DNA of 64,000 bases from the NCBI GenBank assembly GCA_044340205.1, contig JBIIUB010000002.1:7125-71124 (forward strand). The letters are read 5' to 3'. Shown one piece after another: positions 24,901 to 31,325 of the stretch. This DNA comes from Terrimicrobiaceae bacterium (GTDB lineage Bacteria > Verrucomicrobiota > Verrucomicrobiia > Chthoniobacterales > Terrimicrobiaceae). The notes under the pieces are model-generated. The model did not search any database. It was not told where the DNA came from and was given only the letters and a program-made list of their open reading frames with translations. The position numbers and the translations under genes were made by a program. Numbering within the stretch: the first letter of the stretch is position 1; every line of letters begins with the position of its first letter.

Positions 24901-27613
24901 GACAGGCAAGTTTGGCGCGATCCAATTCCAAGACAGCAACGGCGAAACGATCGTGGACTCCTCCGCTTCCACCGCTTGGTGGATCGATTACAGCAACTTC
25001 TTCCAAGGCTTCGGAACACTTGGTGGCGGTGACATCGCGCTTGTTGCGAAAAACGACATCGTCAATGCCGATGCCGTCTCCCCCACCAATGCCCGCATGG
25101 CGGGAATTGGCGGTGAGGAAAACCTTGCAGCGGACCTTGCTAATCTCGTCGAGTTTGGCGGTGGCGATTTGAAGATCGAAGCGGGAAGGAATATTGATGG
25201 TGGTCTCTACTACGCAGAGCGTGGGCAAGGCATCTTGCAAGCCGGCGGCAAGGTGAAGACGAATGCGGCCCGCTCTCCCTCACTGGGACTATTGGGAGCA
25301 CTCGGTGCCTATAGCGAGTCTTTATTAACCAGCACCGAGCCGGAAATTTTCCTGCCAGAAACCTGGCTGCCCACGGCTCTCTTTGTTGGCAAAGGGTCGT
25401 TCGAGGTTTCCGCCAAACAAGACATCCTGCTCGGCCCAATCGCCAACGCCTTCCTCATGCCGACCGGTTTGGGAAACAAGTTCTGGTATAAATCCTATTT
25501 CAGCACCTTCTCGCCAGAATCCACAGTGGATGTGAAGTCGCTCGGCGGCGATGTCACCTTCCGTTCAGCCACTATCCTGCCCTTGGAGTTCGGGGCAAAG
25601 CCGATCCTCACCTCTTGGATCCAGCAGCAGAACCTCTTCAATGTCGAAGGCGCAGATATTTATTCTTCAAATTCCCAGCCTTGGACACGACTCTCGGAAT
25701 CCACGCTTGAGGGCTTCGGCAGTGTGATGAATCTGATTCCTCCGACGCTCAAAGTTGGTGCCTTCGCTGGAAGTGTGAACACGGTTGGGTCTGTAATCCT
25801 TGCACCTGCCTCGCGTGGAAATCTTGAAATCGTCGCGGCGGAAGCGGTCAATGGCCTTCAACCTGCAGGCAAAACGGAGTTTCAGGACGAAGCGGGCAAT
25901 CTCTACTCTCTCATGGGGTGGATTTCCTCGACCATCAACCTCTCGGACGCCAATCCCGCCGCAATACCGGGAACAACCGCTCCTCTCAGCTACTACGGAT
26001 ATGCCGGTGAATCGGGTGTGCTTTACGAGTCCTCTGCAAACTTCCTCGCAAACATCGACAAAGCCCTTGGCGAAACCGGCTCCTATGCTGGCAACGATGC
26101 GGCTATCGATCTGAAGAGGCTTCGACATGGAGACTCGCTACTCCATGCGGGCGACACCGAACCCGTCCGAGTTTACACCGGCAACGGCGATATCTCCGGT
26201 CTCGCCCTCTTCGCACCCAAGTTTTCAAGGATCACAAGCGGAGGATCAATCTCAGATGTGGCATTTTATCTCCAGAATCTTAATGCCAAGGACATCTCGA
26301 TTGTCTCGGCAACAGGAGACATTATTCCCTACAATGAAGCTGCGACACTTCGCACCGAGGCATCGAACATTCTCGCAGGGAATGTCGTTCTCGATGCACC
26401 ACGCATCACGGCGAATAACAAAGCTGTGACTGCGCTTGCCGGCGACATCCAGATTTCAGGCCCGGGATTCCTCGAGGTCTTGGCCGGTGTAAACCTCGAT
26501 CTCGGCACCGGAGAAAATCTGGCCGATGGCACCGGCACGGGCATAGTAAGCATCGGCAATTCCCGCAATCCCAACCTGCCATTTGAAGGTGCCTCGATTA
26601 TTGCGCTGGCTGGCATAGGTGCAGCGGAAGGTGGTCCGGCCCTCGGGCTCAAAGGTAGCAATTTGGTTTTTGAAAATCTCGAAGCCATAGCCCCATCTGG
26701 CTCTCTTGTGGAAACACTCTCTGAAGATCCCGAACACATCGCGATCGCTGGTTTGCAAACCCTCTTTTCCATCATTGCTGCCACGGGCGAGGCGTATCCC
26801 GAAACTTCCAGTTACGAGCCCGCTTTGGAGGCTGTAGAGACTGTCTTTGCGCGCCTTGATGGCCCAGGAGACATCTTCACCCGCTCGCGTGATATCCGAA
26901 CTGTCAGCGGCGGATCCGTTGCCCTGGCTGCTCCACGCGGCGGGCTCACCATGGCCTCCGACATCTTTGGAAATCCTCTGACTCCTCCAGGCGTAGTCAC
27001 CGAGTTCGGCGGCGGAGTTTCCATTCTCACAGATGGCGATGTGGATATCGGTCGAGCCCGTATCTTCACGCTTCGCGGAGGCGACATGACGATCTGGTCC
27101 ACGACGGGCGACATCGCTGCAGGAACCTCGCCCAAGACTGTCGTTACCGCGCCGCCCACTCGTGTCGTCATCGACTCGCCCAGCGCGGATGTAAAAACCG
27201 ACCTCGGTGGCCTTGCAACCGGTGGCGGCATCGGCGTGCTCGCCGCTGTCGAGGATGTCGAACCAGGCAATGTCTATCTCCTCGCTCCAAAGGGAACCGT
27301 GGATGCCGGAGATGCCGGTATCCAAAGCACAGGCAATCTGAACATCGCTGCTGTTTCTGTAATTAATGCCGATAATATTTCCACTGGCGGAACCTCTGCG
27401 GGAGTTCCCTCCTCCGCACCTGCAGCAGCCGCTCCGATTTCTGTCTCGCCATCCGCTTCGAGCAGCACTGCAGCTTCGTCCTCTGCGGCACAGAGCATGG
27501 CCAATCAAGCCCAGCCACACCCCGAGACAACCGAGGAGCAGCCATCGCTGATCACAGTGGAAGTCCTCGGCTACGGCGGAGGTGATGCCGAGGAAGAGAA
27601 AGAGGAAGGATAG
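15932..27613 (+). CDS. Giant TpsA exoprotein (filamentous-haemagglutinin-type beta-helical adhesin), 3893 aa
   Basis: The TPS secretion domain reads ALLHWETFNVGSQTTVNFDQ...GKITSQGQVYILNQNGIIFGAGSQVNARTLVASALPI. Thousands of residues of G/S/N/I-rich beta-helix-like repeats follow. A conserved-looking C-terminal module is GDMTIWSTTGDIAAGTSPKT...GTVDAGDAGIQSTGNLNIAA. The protein ends in an acidic tail, GGGDAEEEKEEG. Confidence 0.9.
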   Translation: MLKTGHRTKYHLRAFEFLAARRRSRAVLTCTLLASFLATMPTGGLQAGDILRGGASAGNAKRNSEARANAGAAAAKVRAQDRLARTTKAVNDMRALQASARAAAGANTIPNGLTEGGLKVLTGANAKWEGANAPIASGNTVGITQTASQALLHWETFNVGSQTTVNFDQSAGGADSGKWIAFNKVFDPTAKPSEIRGKITSQGQVYILNQNGIIFGAGSQVNARTLVASALPINDNLVKNGLLNNKDAQFLFSALEVPGGSDGTPTFTPTDVPEVLGDIILERGAKISSPELAGGNGGRVMLIGANVRNKGEISTPAGQTILAAGLQVGVREHNNSDPSLRGLDVWVGAVDLDGVNPYAGQVQNSGIIESPTGSIVVAGKRIDQNGVLESTTSVNLNGRIDLLANYGAVANPNFDNSGTLGDGAPMFINQFTGNIVMGPQSITRILPDYASTKSVPGTRLPQNSQINFQGNSISFSAGSTLLAPSGDVGIRSGTWSYKDDESLNRTIFNADGEIEETLQSALRTPFIFTQGTVNFSSGAILDVSGTPDVFVPLSHRVMDVQLRGNELADSPLQRDSDLRGKNLRIDLRKTGVYGGRFWMGTPLGDANGLANIIERNAAQLTTRGGTVSIQAGESVAVASGAELNVSGGYTRNEGGLIQTTRLLRNGSLINIADATPDIIYDGILTGSSQKVSAKWGNPKTYRHALAPMGAYSEKEYIAGESGGSIDITAPTVRISGELSGRTVTGLKQLNTPAGHSSLALRFRNQKPVETPTGTVYLDQISAPPALVLGTGSGVGIPGLKMGQTLTIPSSILEEEEGFGHVTLENKGGTIQVAGEPVQMAAGGSLTLQATNVSILSSVLIPGGSLSATAYNYSPFLYAEQTATEVLVGQPAPKVVERTGIILIGSGVELNVAGTISDDRPTSALAHNSRRAIDGGSVKLEGFSIFAGSETAVRASGGVAMNGRGKYTKGKGGSISLLAGKDPLLSTSVGGTLGLPSILEAYSSSTGGSLTLQAMRARLGATTDRGGTTLDLSPGFFQKGGFSNFSIRAIGQPGSDEPALYVLPGTTIEPITESVVVRPHVLNSGLGLVKMQLPEGIRSAAGLSLTALGVDDPFTDEEVEAIGSIVLGAGAKIKTDIGGAVSLKGQTVSVFGSIETPAGSISIEGGSRFPLAAQQAASSTSALTTVYIAPTARLLARGATREIPDSFGRKMGEVLGGGSIRLAGNIVAESGAVLDVSGISNELDIHPSSLNTAHRPSPRHGLVTKPWGQQSVRVGVDSNGGTIRLLGSQLLLSDATLLGKSGGSTAVGGLLVVSSDAFNLQSGADITLSVQQSGNLIGSENTNLGVGSSVLDSEGSKITGGGFFAIDRFKSGGFAALDLGYEYFASATIPHGGNVKFIGPLNIQADGYVRVASGGIVQTDDQVSISAPYIAIGQEFRPPLHPSETFSPFNDANGKLSVTPTTGPGSLSLRASHVDVGTLVTMDTGSLHITANNGDIRGSGTLSVAGSITLESAQVYPTTLGKFDIFAYDTEGSPGSVTITQSGLAGVPLSAGGNLRIFASNISQGGTLRAPFGSITLGWDGSDLNTATEDIEGPVNQVAGLETATPVSSEINLLAGSTTSVSAIDPATGQGVVIPFGISPDGNIWVDPRGVNVTSSGMPEKTIAISGQGINQEAGSIIDLRGGGDLMAYRWVSGTGGSVDILGSPVAWNSGTDYSAGDLVSHNGRQYSARMALSPRDFNGSVPTPGRTAYWVEVPESFAVIPGFKSPLAPYAHFNSSDYASSLGGDNGYTSSLKIGDKITLDGGYGLPAGSYTLLPRRYALLPGARLVTPTSSKSAGFVNAEGAAHASGYRSNFFTKPDQATPIRSSYEILSPEVLANRAEYAVYSANDFIPKAATSARLNVNQALPMDSGSLSIHGASSLSLLGHVETASAGGIGAAIDISSFEITIGNYNPFAPSEVFLYASVLNSWKAESLLIGGQRSKNALGTILNVKTDSLLLHGAVLEGGDIILAAKNGLRISDGASIQSKNPSSVQRDLTTQGSSAYVRVDSNKLSMINRIGAVDENAASLIIGDNVSLSGASISMDSSRRASISEAVAINSSRISIGSGSLLLDLGGTALGDADTLRLGTSVLNQLSQADSISLKAYSSFTIAGSGTLGSENLANLSLESSGILGKGGNVVIKAKNLLLSNPNSVAAPAETSSAGQISFQSNHLRLGKGDFTVAGYNLAQFEASKGTIIANSGALLGSGELNLLTPTIASTRLSDYLIESDGALNINSSKGAGDVASELGAKLSLVGSSVIIGSRISLPSGELNIRAKSGDVTINSALSVAGSSRTFYDVVKFADAGGIRITSDRGNILLAEGSSLSVKGDNAGGRAGTLEIAASAGSFINQGTLLGQAATGFEGGSFILDVGTTGDFAEINTPLEEGGFNNLRNLRIRSGDVLLDQKVTSREFRLSTDGGDITVSAEIDASGKTGSTISLEASGSITLAESALLSVEGENFNSAGKGGLVELFTGSQINGVIDTSARLSIQSDSQILFGVNDYVSGGYLDAGSSASLGKFQGRLHLRAPRSDGNTDLLIDPLAGTIEGASAIIVEGYRLFDRTTQDGVMNIALRDAIHTDAQAFMTNESAIQSRLLGGSTDNLSAHTVVAPGFEIINTAGDLTLGLANREGTDNIEGKSAADWDLSAMRYGSKNAPGLLTLRASGDIVFNNSLSDGFVSVQPGAEDPSIYTNNLSFEENGHSRLWLAQLQTINSNLPTNFQSWSYTITAGSDLASANTKSILSRDLLEEGKGSVLVGEFYPAVANANNPDTNPDAPQVDAGVGQYGTTANHLRINLTETDEGTYDEEGNVITEGTGLLKDMGTRYEIVRTGTGDIEVNAGRHVQLRNQFATIYTAGVAIPDATRVIADGDFSTPIVAFDPTSHPEQGSMGRPSQAFTPQWAMAGGDLRIFAGNDIARVTQFTDSEGKISIIPDSSHQFTSNWLYRRGHVDTTTGKFGAIQFQDSNGETIVDSSASTAWWIDYSNFFQGFGTLGGGDIALVAKNDIVNADAVSPTNARMAGIGGEENLAADLANLVEFGGGDLKIEAGRNIDGGLYYAERGQGILQAGGKVKTNAARSPSLGLLGALGAYSESLLTSTEPEIFLPETWLPTALFVGKGSFEVSAKQDILLGPIANAFLMPTGLGNKFWYKSYFSTFSPESTVDVKSLGGDVTFRSATILPLEFGAKPILTSWIQQQNLFNVEGADIYSSNSQPWTRLSESTLEGFGSVMNLIPPTLKVGAFAGSVNTVGSVILAPASRGNLEIVAAEAVNGLQPAGKTEFQDEAGNLYSLMGWISSTINLSDANPAAIPGTTAPLSYYGYAGESGVLYESSANFLANIDKALGETGSYAGNDAAIDLKRLRHGDSLLHAGDTEPVRVYTGNGDISGLALFAPKFSRITSGGSISDVAFYLQNLNAKDISIVSATGDIIPYNEAATLRTEASNILAGNVVLDAPRITANNKAVTALAGDIQISGPGFLEVLAGVNLDLGTGENLADGTGTGIVSIGNSRNPNLPFEGASIIALAGIGAAEGGPALGLKGSNLVFENLEAIAPSGSLVETLSEDPEHIAIAGLQTLFSIIAATGEAYPETSSYEPALEAVETVFARLDGPGDIFTRSRDIRTVSGGSVALAAPRGGLTMASDIFGNPLTPPGVVTEFGGGVSILTDGDVDIGRARIFTLRGGDMTIWSTTGDIAAGTSPKTVVTAPPTRVVIDSPSADVKTDLGGLATGGGIGVLAAVEDVEPGNVYLLAPKGTVDAGDAGIQSTGNLNIAAVSVINADNISTGGTSAGVPSSAPAAAAPISVSPSASSSTAASSSAAQSMANQAQPHPETTEEQPSLITVEVLGYGGGDAEEEKEEG

Positions 27614-27674
27614 CTCCTTTCAGCTCCCAGACTCGCTTTGAAGGCGGATTGGCGTCCGAGAGCAAAGCGGTAAT

Positions 27675-27691
27675 GTAACGAAATCGTCACA
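27675..27691 (+). promoter_or_regulatory. GTNACA-N5-GTNACA motif, copy 4 (GTAACGaaatcGTCACA), about 110 bp upstream of the PstS-like gene
   Basis: Read directly. It is embedded in the larger near-palindrome ggtaatgt...acattaacc. Confidence 0.4.
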
Positions 27692-27799
27692 TTAACCCCC
27701 TCGCTCTTTTTTGCGGAGTGAACATTTTCTTGATCACCACGCTACCAATCACTGGTGAGTGGAAATTCAAAACTAAAATACATTAGCGACAGAAATCAC

Positions 27800-29023
27800 A
27801 TGAAAACAAAATCACTACTCATAGCTGCGGCCGCCCTCGGGCTTGGCCTCTCCGCCCAGGCTCAAACCACAACCGTCGACATCGTCGGAGCCACAGCGTT
27901 CCGCTCTGCGGCTCATACTTCCATCATGGCCTCCTACACAACGCTCGATGGTTACGCCCACTCTGGTGCCGCTACAAAAGCTGGCAGTGCCTCTCGAGCC
28001 ACCTACAAAGGAACATTTCCCGGCATCACAGGCACAACTGTTATTCGCGTAAGCTGGACAGGTTCTGTGGAAGGCGTTCGCTCATTGGCCAGCTCCAAAG
28101 CCACACCCGACACCTTTATTCCAATTTCATCTGTCACGACTGGAGAAACTCACTCGGTCAATGCGACTGTGACCGGTTCCAGAACGGCTGTCATGGCCTT
28201 CTCTGATGTGGCCCAAGCCAACACTCCCTACAAGACACCGGCTCTCAAGGGCGGCCCGGTCGGAGTGATCGCTTTTGCTCCTGTCATTAACAAAGGTGCT
28301 GAAGCGGAGATCACAAATATCACCGGCCTTCAGTTCCGCCGCCTTCTCTCCAACGGAACAATTCCGGAATCGATGCTCACCGGCAACACAACCTCCAACG
28401 GAATGATATATGTAACAGGAAGAAATGATGGTTCAGGAACGCGAGTTGCCTTCTTATCGGAGGTCGGTCATGGAGCGGCCAACCCTGTGAAACAATATGT
28501 GATCAATGCACCTGCCAGCACCACAAATCTGGCGACTCCCGTATTAGCACCAATCATTGCCAATTCGACAACCTACCCGGGTTATGTTCTTTCAACTGAT
28601 TTTGCGAAGAAAGCGGAAATCGGAAACGGTGGTTACCAGAGCGGTGGAACAATCGCCAATTGGATGAAGCTTCCTTCTTCCGGAGACTTTAACATCATTA
28701 GCTGGTTGGGCACATCCGATGCAATTACCGCCCGTGATTCTGGCAATGGTGGGCGCGTGCTTTCCTACAATGGCGAAAAATTGGAAGGTGTTGCAGCTGG
28801 ATCTTTCTCCGAAGCCGATCGTAACAAGATTCGCCTTGGGAAATACTCTGCTTGGAATTTTGAAAATCTTTTCACCAAAGGCACCTTAACAGGAAATAAT
28901 AAAATTGTTTACGACAAACTCGTATCAACTATTCCTTCCAATCTGGGATCTTCCGGTGTCGCGAATGATTCTTCCTTCAAAGTGACCCGCACGACAGATG
29001 GAAGCGTAATTGCTCCAAAATAA
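27800..29023 (+). CDS. Secreted PstS-like (PBP_like_2 / phosphate-binding-protein fold) protein, orphan
   Basis: I prefer the ATG at 27800 (MKTKSLLIAAAALGLGLSAQAQ signal peptide) over the GTG at 27755. VDIVGATAFR...VSWTGSVEGV...AFSDV...GRNDGSGTRVAF resembles type-II periplasmic phosphate-binding proteins. No pstCAB genes are nearby. Confidence 0.55.
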   Translation: MKTKSLLIAAAALGLGLSAQAQTTTVDIVGATAFRSAAHTSIMASYTTLDGYAHSGAATKAGSASRATYKGTFPGITGTTVIRVSWTGSVEGVRSLASSKATPDTFIPISSVTTGETHSVNATVTGSRTAVMAFSDVAQANTPYKTPALKGGPVGVIAFAPVINKGAEAEITNITGLQFRRLLSNGTIPESMLTGNTTSNGMIYVTGRNDGSGTRVAFLSEVGHGAANPVKQYVINAPASTTNLATPVLAPIIANSTTYPGYVLSTDFAKKAEIGNGGYQSGGTIANWMKLPSSGDFNIISWLGTSDAITARDSGNGGRVLSYNGEKLEGVAAGSFSEADRNKIRLGKYSAWNFENLFTKGTLTGNNKIVYDKLVSTIPSNLGSSGVANDSSFKVTRTTDGSVIAPK

Positions 29024-29046
29024 TACGATTCATTAGTTCAAAATCG

Positions 29047-29080
29047 GACTGGCACTGCCTTGCAGTGCCAGTCTTTTTTT
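29047..29080 (+). terminator. Rho-independent terminator after the PstS-like gene
   Basis: gactggcactgc-ctt-gcagtgccagtc forms a perfect 12-bp stem, followed by TTTTTTT. Confidence 0.8.
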
Positions 29081-29161
29081 CGTTACAGCTGGTTGATTTT
29101 TTAATCTCAAAAGTGCCAATGTTGATTTCAAAATTCTAATAATGGCAAGCGGTCTGCCCCT

Positions 29162-29686
29162 ATGCTTCTAATCAGAAAAAGAACCTATTTGGCACTTGCG
29201 ATAATCGTCTTGGGATTCGCAGTCTTTTTACTCGTCCCCTCAAGCAATAATATTTCTTTAAATTATTACCAAGAATACGAAACGAAAATTAAAACCCGCC
29301 AGACCGACTTCGGATTTTCTGGAAAAAATTACGCGAAACCTTCAGAGCAACCTTCGGAACCCATCCAAAAATCGGATATTCACTCCTCAGATGCGGAGCT
29401 CCAAATTTCGATCCCACAAGGAGCCATGCTGCCAGCCGCATTTATGGATGAAGGCAACCTAGAAGACAGCGAGGGCGTGAAAGAATTACTCCTATCGCTC
29501 GAAAAAGAATTTCAGGAAGAGTATGGAACGGAATTGCAAAGCGGGCTCACTCCCGAGGAAGCCTGGGAAAATGCCAGATCAAAGTCCAACGAACGCTATC
29601 AGGCCCTGTTTGGGCAAGAAGCCTACCTCGAAGCCTTGAATCTCGCTGCGGAAGAAGCCAGAACAGACCGGGAAACAAGCCAGTAG
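29162..29686 (+). CDS. Hypothetical N-terminally membrane-anchored protein (low-GC gene)
   Basis: 174 aa. It has a TM helix (YLALAIIVLGFAVFLLV) and an acidic helical C-terminus. I recognised no family. Confidence 0.5.
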   Translation: MLLIRKRTYLALAIIVLGFAVFLLVPSSNNISLNYYQEYETKIKTRQTDFGFSGKNYAKPSEQPSEPIQKSDIHSSDAELQISIPQGAMLPAAFMDEGNLEDSEGVKELLLSLEKEFQEEYGTELQSGLTPEEAWENARSKSNERYQALFGQEAYLEALNLAAEEARTDRETSQ

Positions 29687-29701
29687 CCTGACATTAAAAA
29701 A

Positions 29702-30541
29702 TCACTGGGTGGCGATTTCTGCTCTGAGTCTTTCGACCAATTGGTTGGCCTCTTCAACTTCCTTGGCAGGCATGTAAGCGCGCAACTCATTCACTTTGTA
29801 AACAGCGAGCGGCTCTCCTTGATCGGCAGCCAAAGATAACCAAGCTACCGCCTCAAGTCGGCGCGAGCGTTTTTTTGATGAAGGATCAAGCAAATGCCCG
29901 AGATTGCTTTGAGCCTTAAAATTTCCTTTCCGCGCTGCTTGGCGAAACATCTCCTCTGCTTTCTTAGAGGAAACCTCCACAGCATGCCCCTCGCGATACA
30001 TGACCCCCAGCATATTGGTCGCCGATGGATTTCCAGCTTGGGCACTTGCTTCCACATGAGGAAGAGCCTTTTGAAAATCAGGCTTCGAAGCCTGATCGTA
30101 AAGACCCAGAAAGTAAATCTCGGCGAGTGCCGCGTGGGCATCCTCAGACCCAGCACAAGCCGCTGCCTCCATCAAAGCGAGACCTTTTTCCCTATCGGCT
30201 CCTACCCCTCGCCCCTCCAAATAAAACCTAGCCAAATTTACTTGGGCTGCCTGCGAACCCAAATCGGCCCCTTTTTGAAAAAACTCGAAGCCCTTGGTAT
30301 CGTCTTTTTCAACACCTCCTCGCCCGTTTGCGTAAAAAAACCCAGATGCACTGAACGCATCTGGATATCCCAGCTCCATGGATTCTTTAAATTTATCAAA
30401 CGCACCAACCTCATCACCGCCTTTTAAAAGCTCCACACCAGCTTGATACTGCGACTTTCCAACAGGCGCCTCGGCCAAGCTCGAATGCAAACTGAAGATG
30501 GTTAAAACACATGCGATGTATTTGGGCAAACGCGAAAGCAT
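29702..30541 (-). CDS. Sel1-repeat (TPR-like) secreted protein
   Basis: 279 aa with a signal peptide. It carries repeated Sel1 units, e.g. AQVNLARFYLEGRGVGADREKGLALMEAAA and NMLGVMYREGHAVEVSSKKAEEMFRQAARKG. Confidence 0.85.
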   Translation of the reverse strand: MLSRLPKYIACVLTIFSLHSSLAEAPVGKSQYQAGVELLKGGDEVGAFDKFKESMELGYPDAFSASGFFYANGRGGVEKDDTKGFEFFQKGADLGSQAAQVNLARFYLEGRGVGADREKGLALMEAAACAGSEDAHAALAEIYFLGLYDQASKPDFQKALPHVEASAQAGNPSATNMLGVMYREGHAVEVSSKKAEEMFRQAARKGNFKAQSNLGHLLDPSSKKRSRRLEAVAWLSLAADQGEPLAVYKVNELRAYMPAKEVEEANQLVERLRAEIATQ

Positions 30542-30590
30542 ATTCTCGAAATTGAGAGCCTGTTGCCTTGCATCCTTCCAGAACAGTTAT

Positions 30591-30607
30591 GTTACAGTTT
30601 CGTAACA
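30591..30607 (-). promoter_or_regulatory. GTNACA-N5-GTNACA motif, copy 5 (plus-strand GTTACAgtttcGTAACA; core palindrome ATGTTAC-N6-GTAACAT), about 50 bp upstream of the Sel1 gene start
   Basis: Read directly. The core GTNAC-N6-GTNAC is self-complementary, so orientation is ambiguous. Confidence 0.4.
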
Positions 30608-30724
30608 TTTAGATCCCACATCGAATTGGCCATTTTTTGTAATTTTTGGGTGAAAGTCACACCTTTCTAAGTGAGCATTGCACGCATAATGACGCCGCTC
30701 ATTGGACAAACAAAAACCAGATGA

Positions 30725-31021
30725 GCTTTTTTCGGCTGTAAAGACAAACTCATCTCGAACATGACGACCAATCTCAACCTCACCGACATGGAAGCCTGCT
30801 ACAAAGTTTTCAAACGCGAACTCATCCAGTCCGTAACCCTCGAGGAAAACCGCTTCGGCATCGAACCCGAGATCGTCGCCAAGATCGCCCGCACCGGCGC
30901 CCGCATCTACGAAGTCGCCATCTCCTACCATGGCCGCACCTACGCCGAAGGCAAAAAAATCGGCTGGAAAGACGGCATCAGCGCCCTCCGCTGCATCCTC
31001 AAATACGGCCTCCTGCGCTGA
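30725..31021 (+). pseudogene. 3' remnant of a family-2 glycosyltransferase (DPM1/GtrB-like)
   Basis: The open frame after the TGA at 30722-30724 reads [34 protein letters not shown]...[13 protein letters not shown]...[27 protein letters not shown]. That is only the C-terminal third of a GT2 enzyme. The DxD/catalytic N-terminal two thirds are absent and the upstream DNA is non-coding. Confidence 0.65.
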
Positions 31022-31190
31022 GATTTTTACCGCAACCAAACCCAAGGACAGGCGGGAGGTAGATCAACACGGAGGAGGGCAAAGAATTGGCCAATGCAGG
31101 CAAAGCAACCCGAGCAATTGCTGAAAACCACGCACTCCCAGCTTGGGCAATCCTCACAACACCTCACTTATCCTCGAAACAGGCCACCTC

Positions 31191-31325
31191 AAACTAGGGG
31201 TCAGTGTTCATTTTCTTTCATTTTTCCCAATAACCCACTAACATCAGGTGATAAAATACGGTTTTTTATACAAACCTTGATTTTATTTATATTTTTGAAA
31301 GAAAATGAACACTGACCCCTAGTTT
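31191..31325. mobile_element. 135-bp element with perfect 30-bp terminal inverted repeats (MITE-like)
   Basis: Left arm 31191-31220 is aaactaggggtcagtgttcattttctttca. Right arm 31296-31325 is its exact reverse complement. The 75-bp AT-rich interior has no ORF. Confidence 0.5.

Noticed and set aside
15916-27520. Internal ORFs within tpsA (e.g. 15916..16503 -, 24026..24853 -, 24141..25172 +, 26456..27520 -)
   Set aside because: They are nested in, or antisense to, an uninterrupted 11.7-kb ORF with a clear TPS domain. None has a recognisable domain.
27632-27670. Stem-loop cgctttg...caaagcg just after tpsA as a terminator
   Set aside because: It has only a 7-bp stem with a ~23-nt loop and no following T tract. 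The PstS-like gene downstream appears to share the strong terminator at 29047-29080, so I did not call it.
31094-31315. 73-aa ORF across the inverted-repeat element
   Set aside because: It simply reads through the left arm and AT-rich interior of the 135-bp palindromic element. There is no coding signature.
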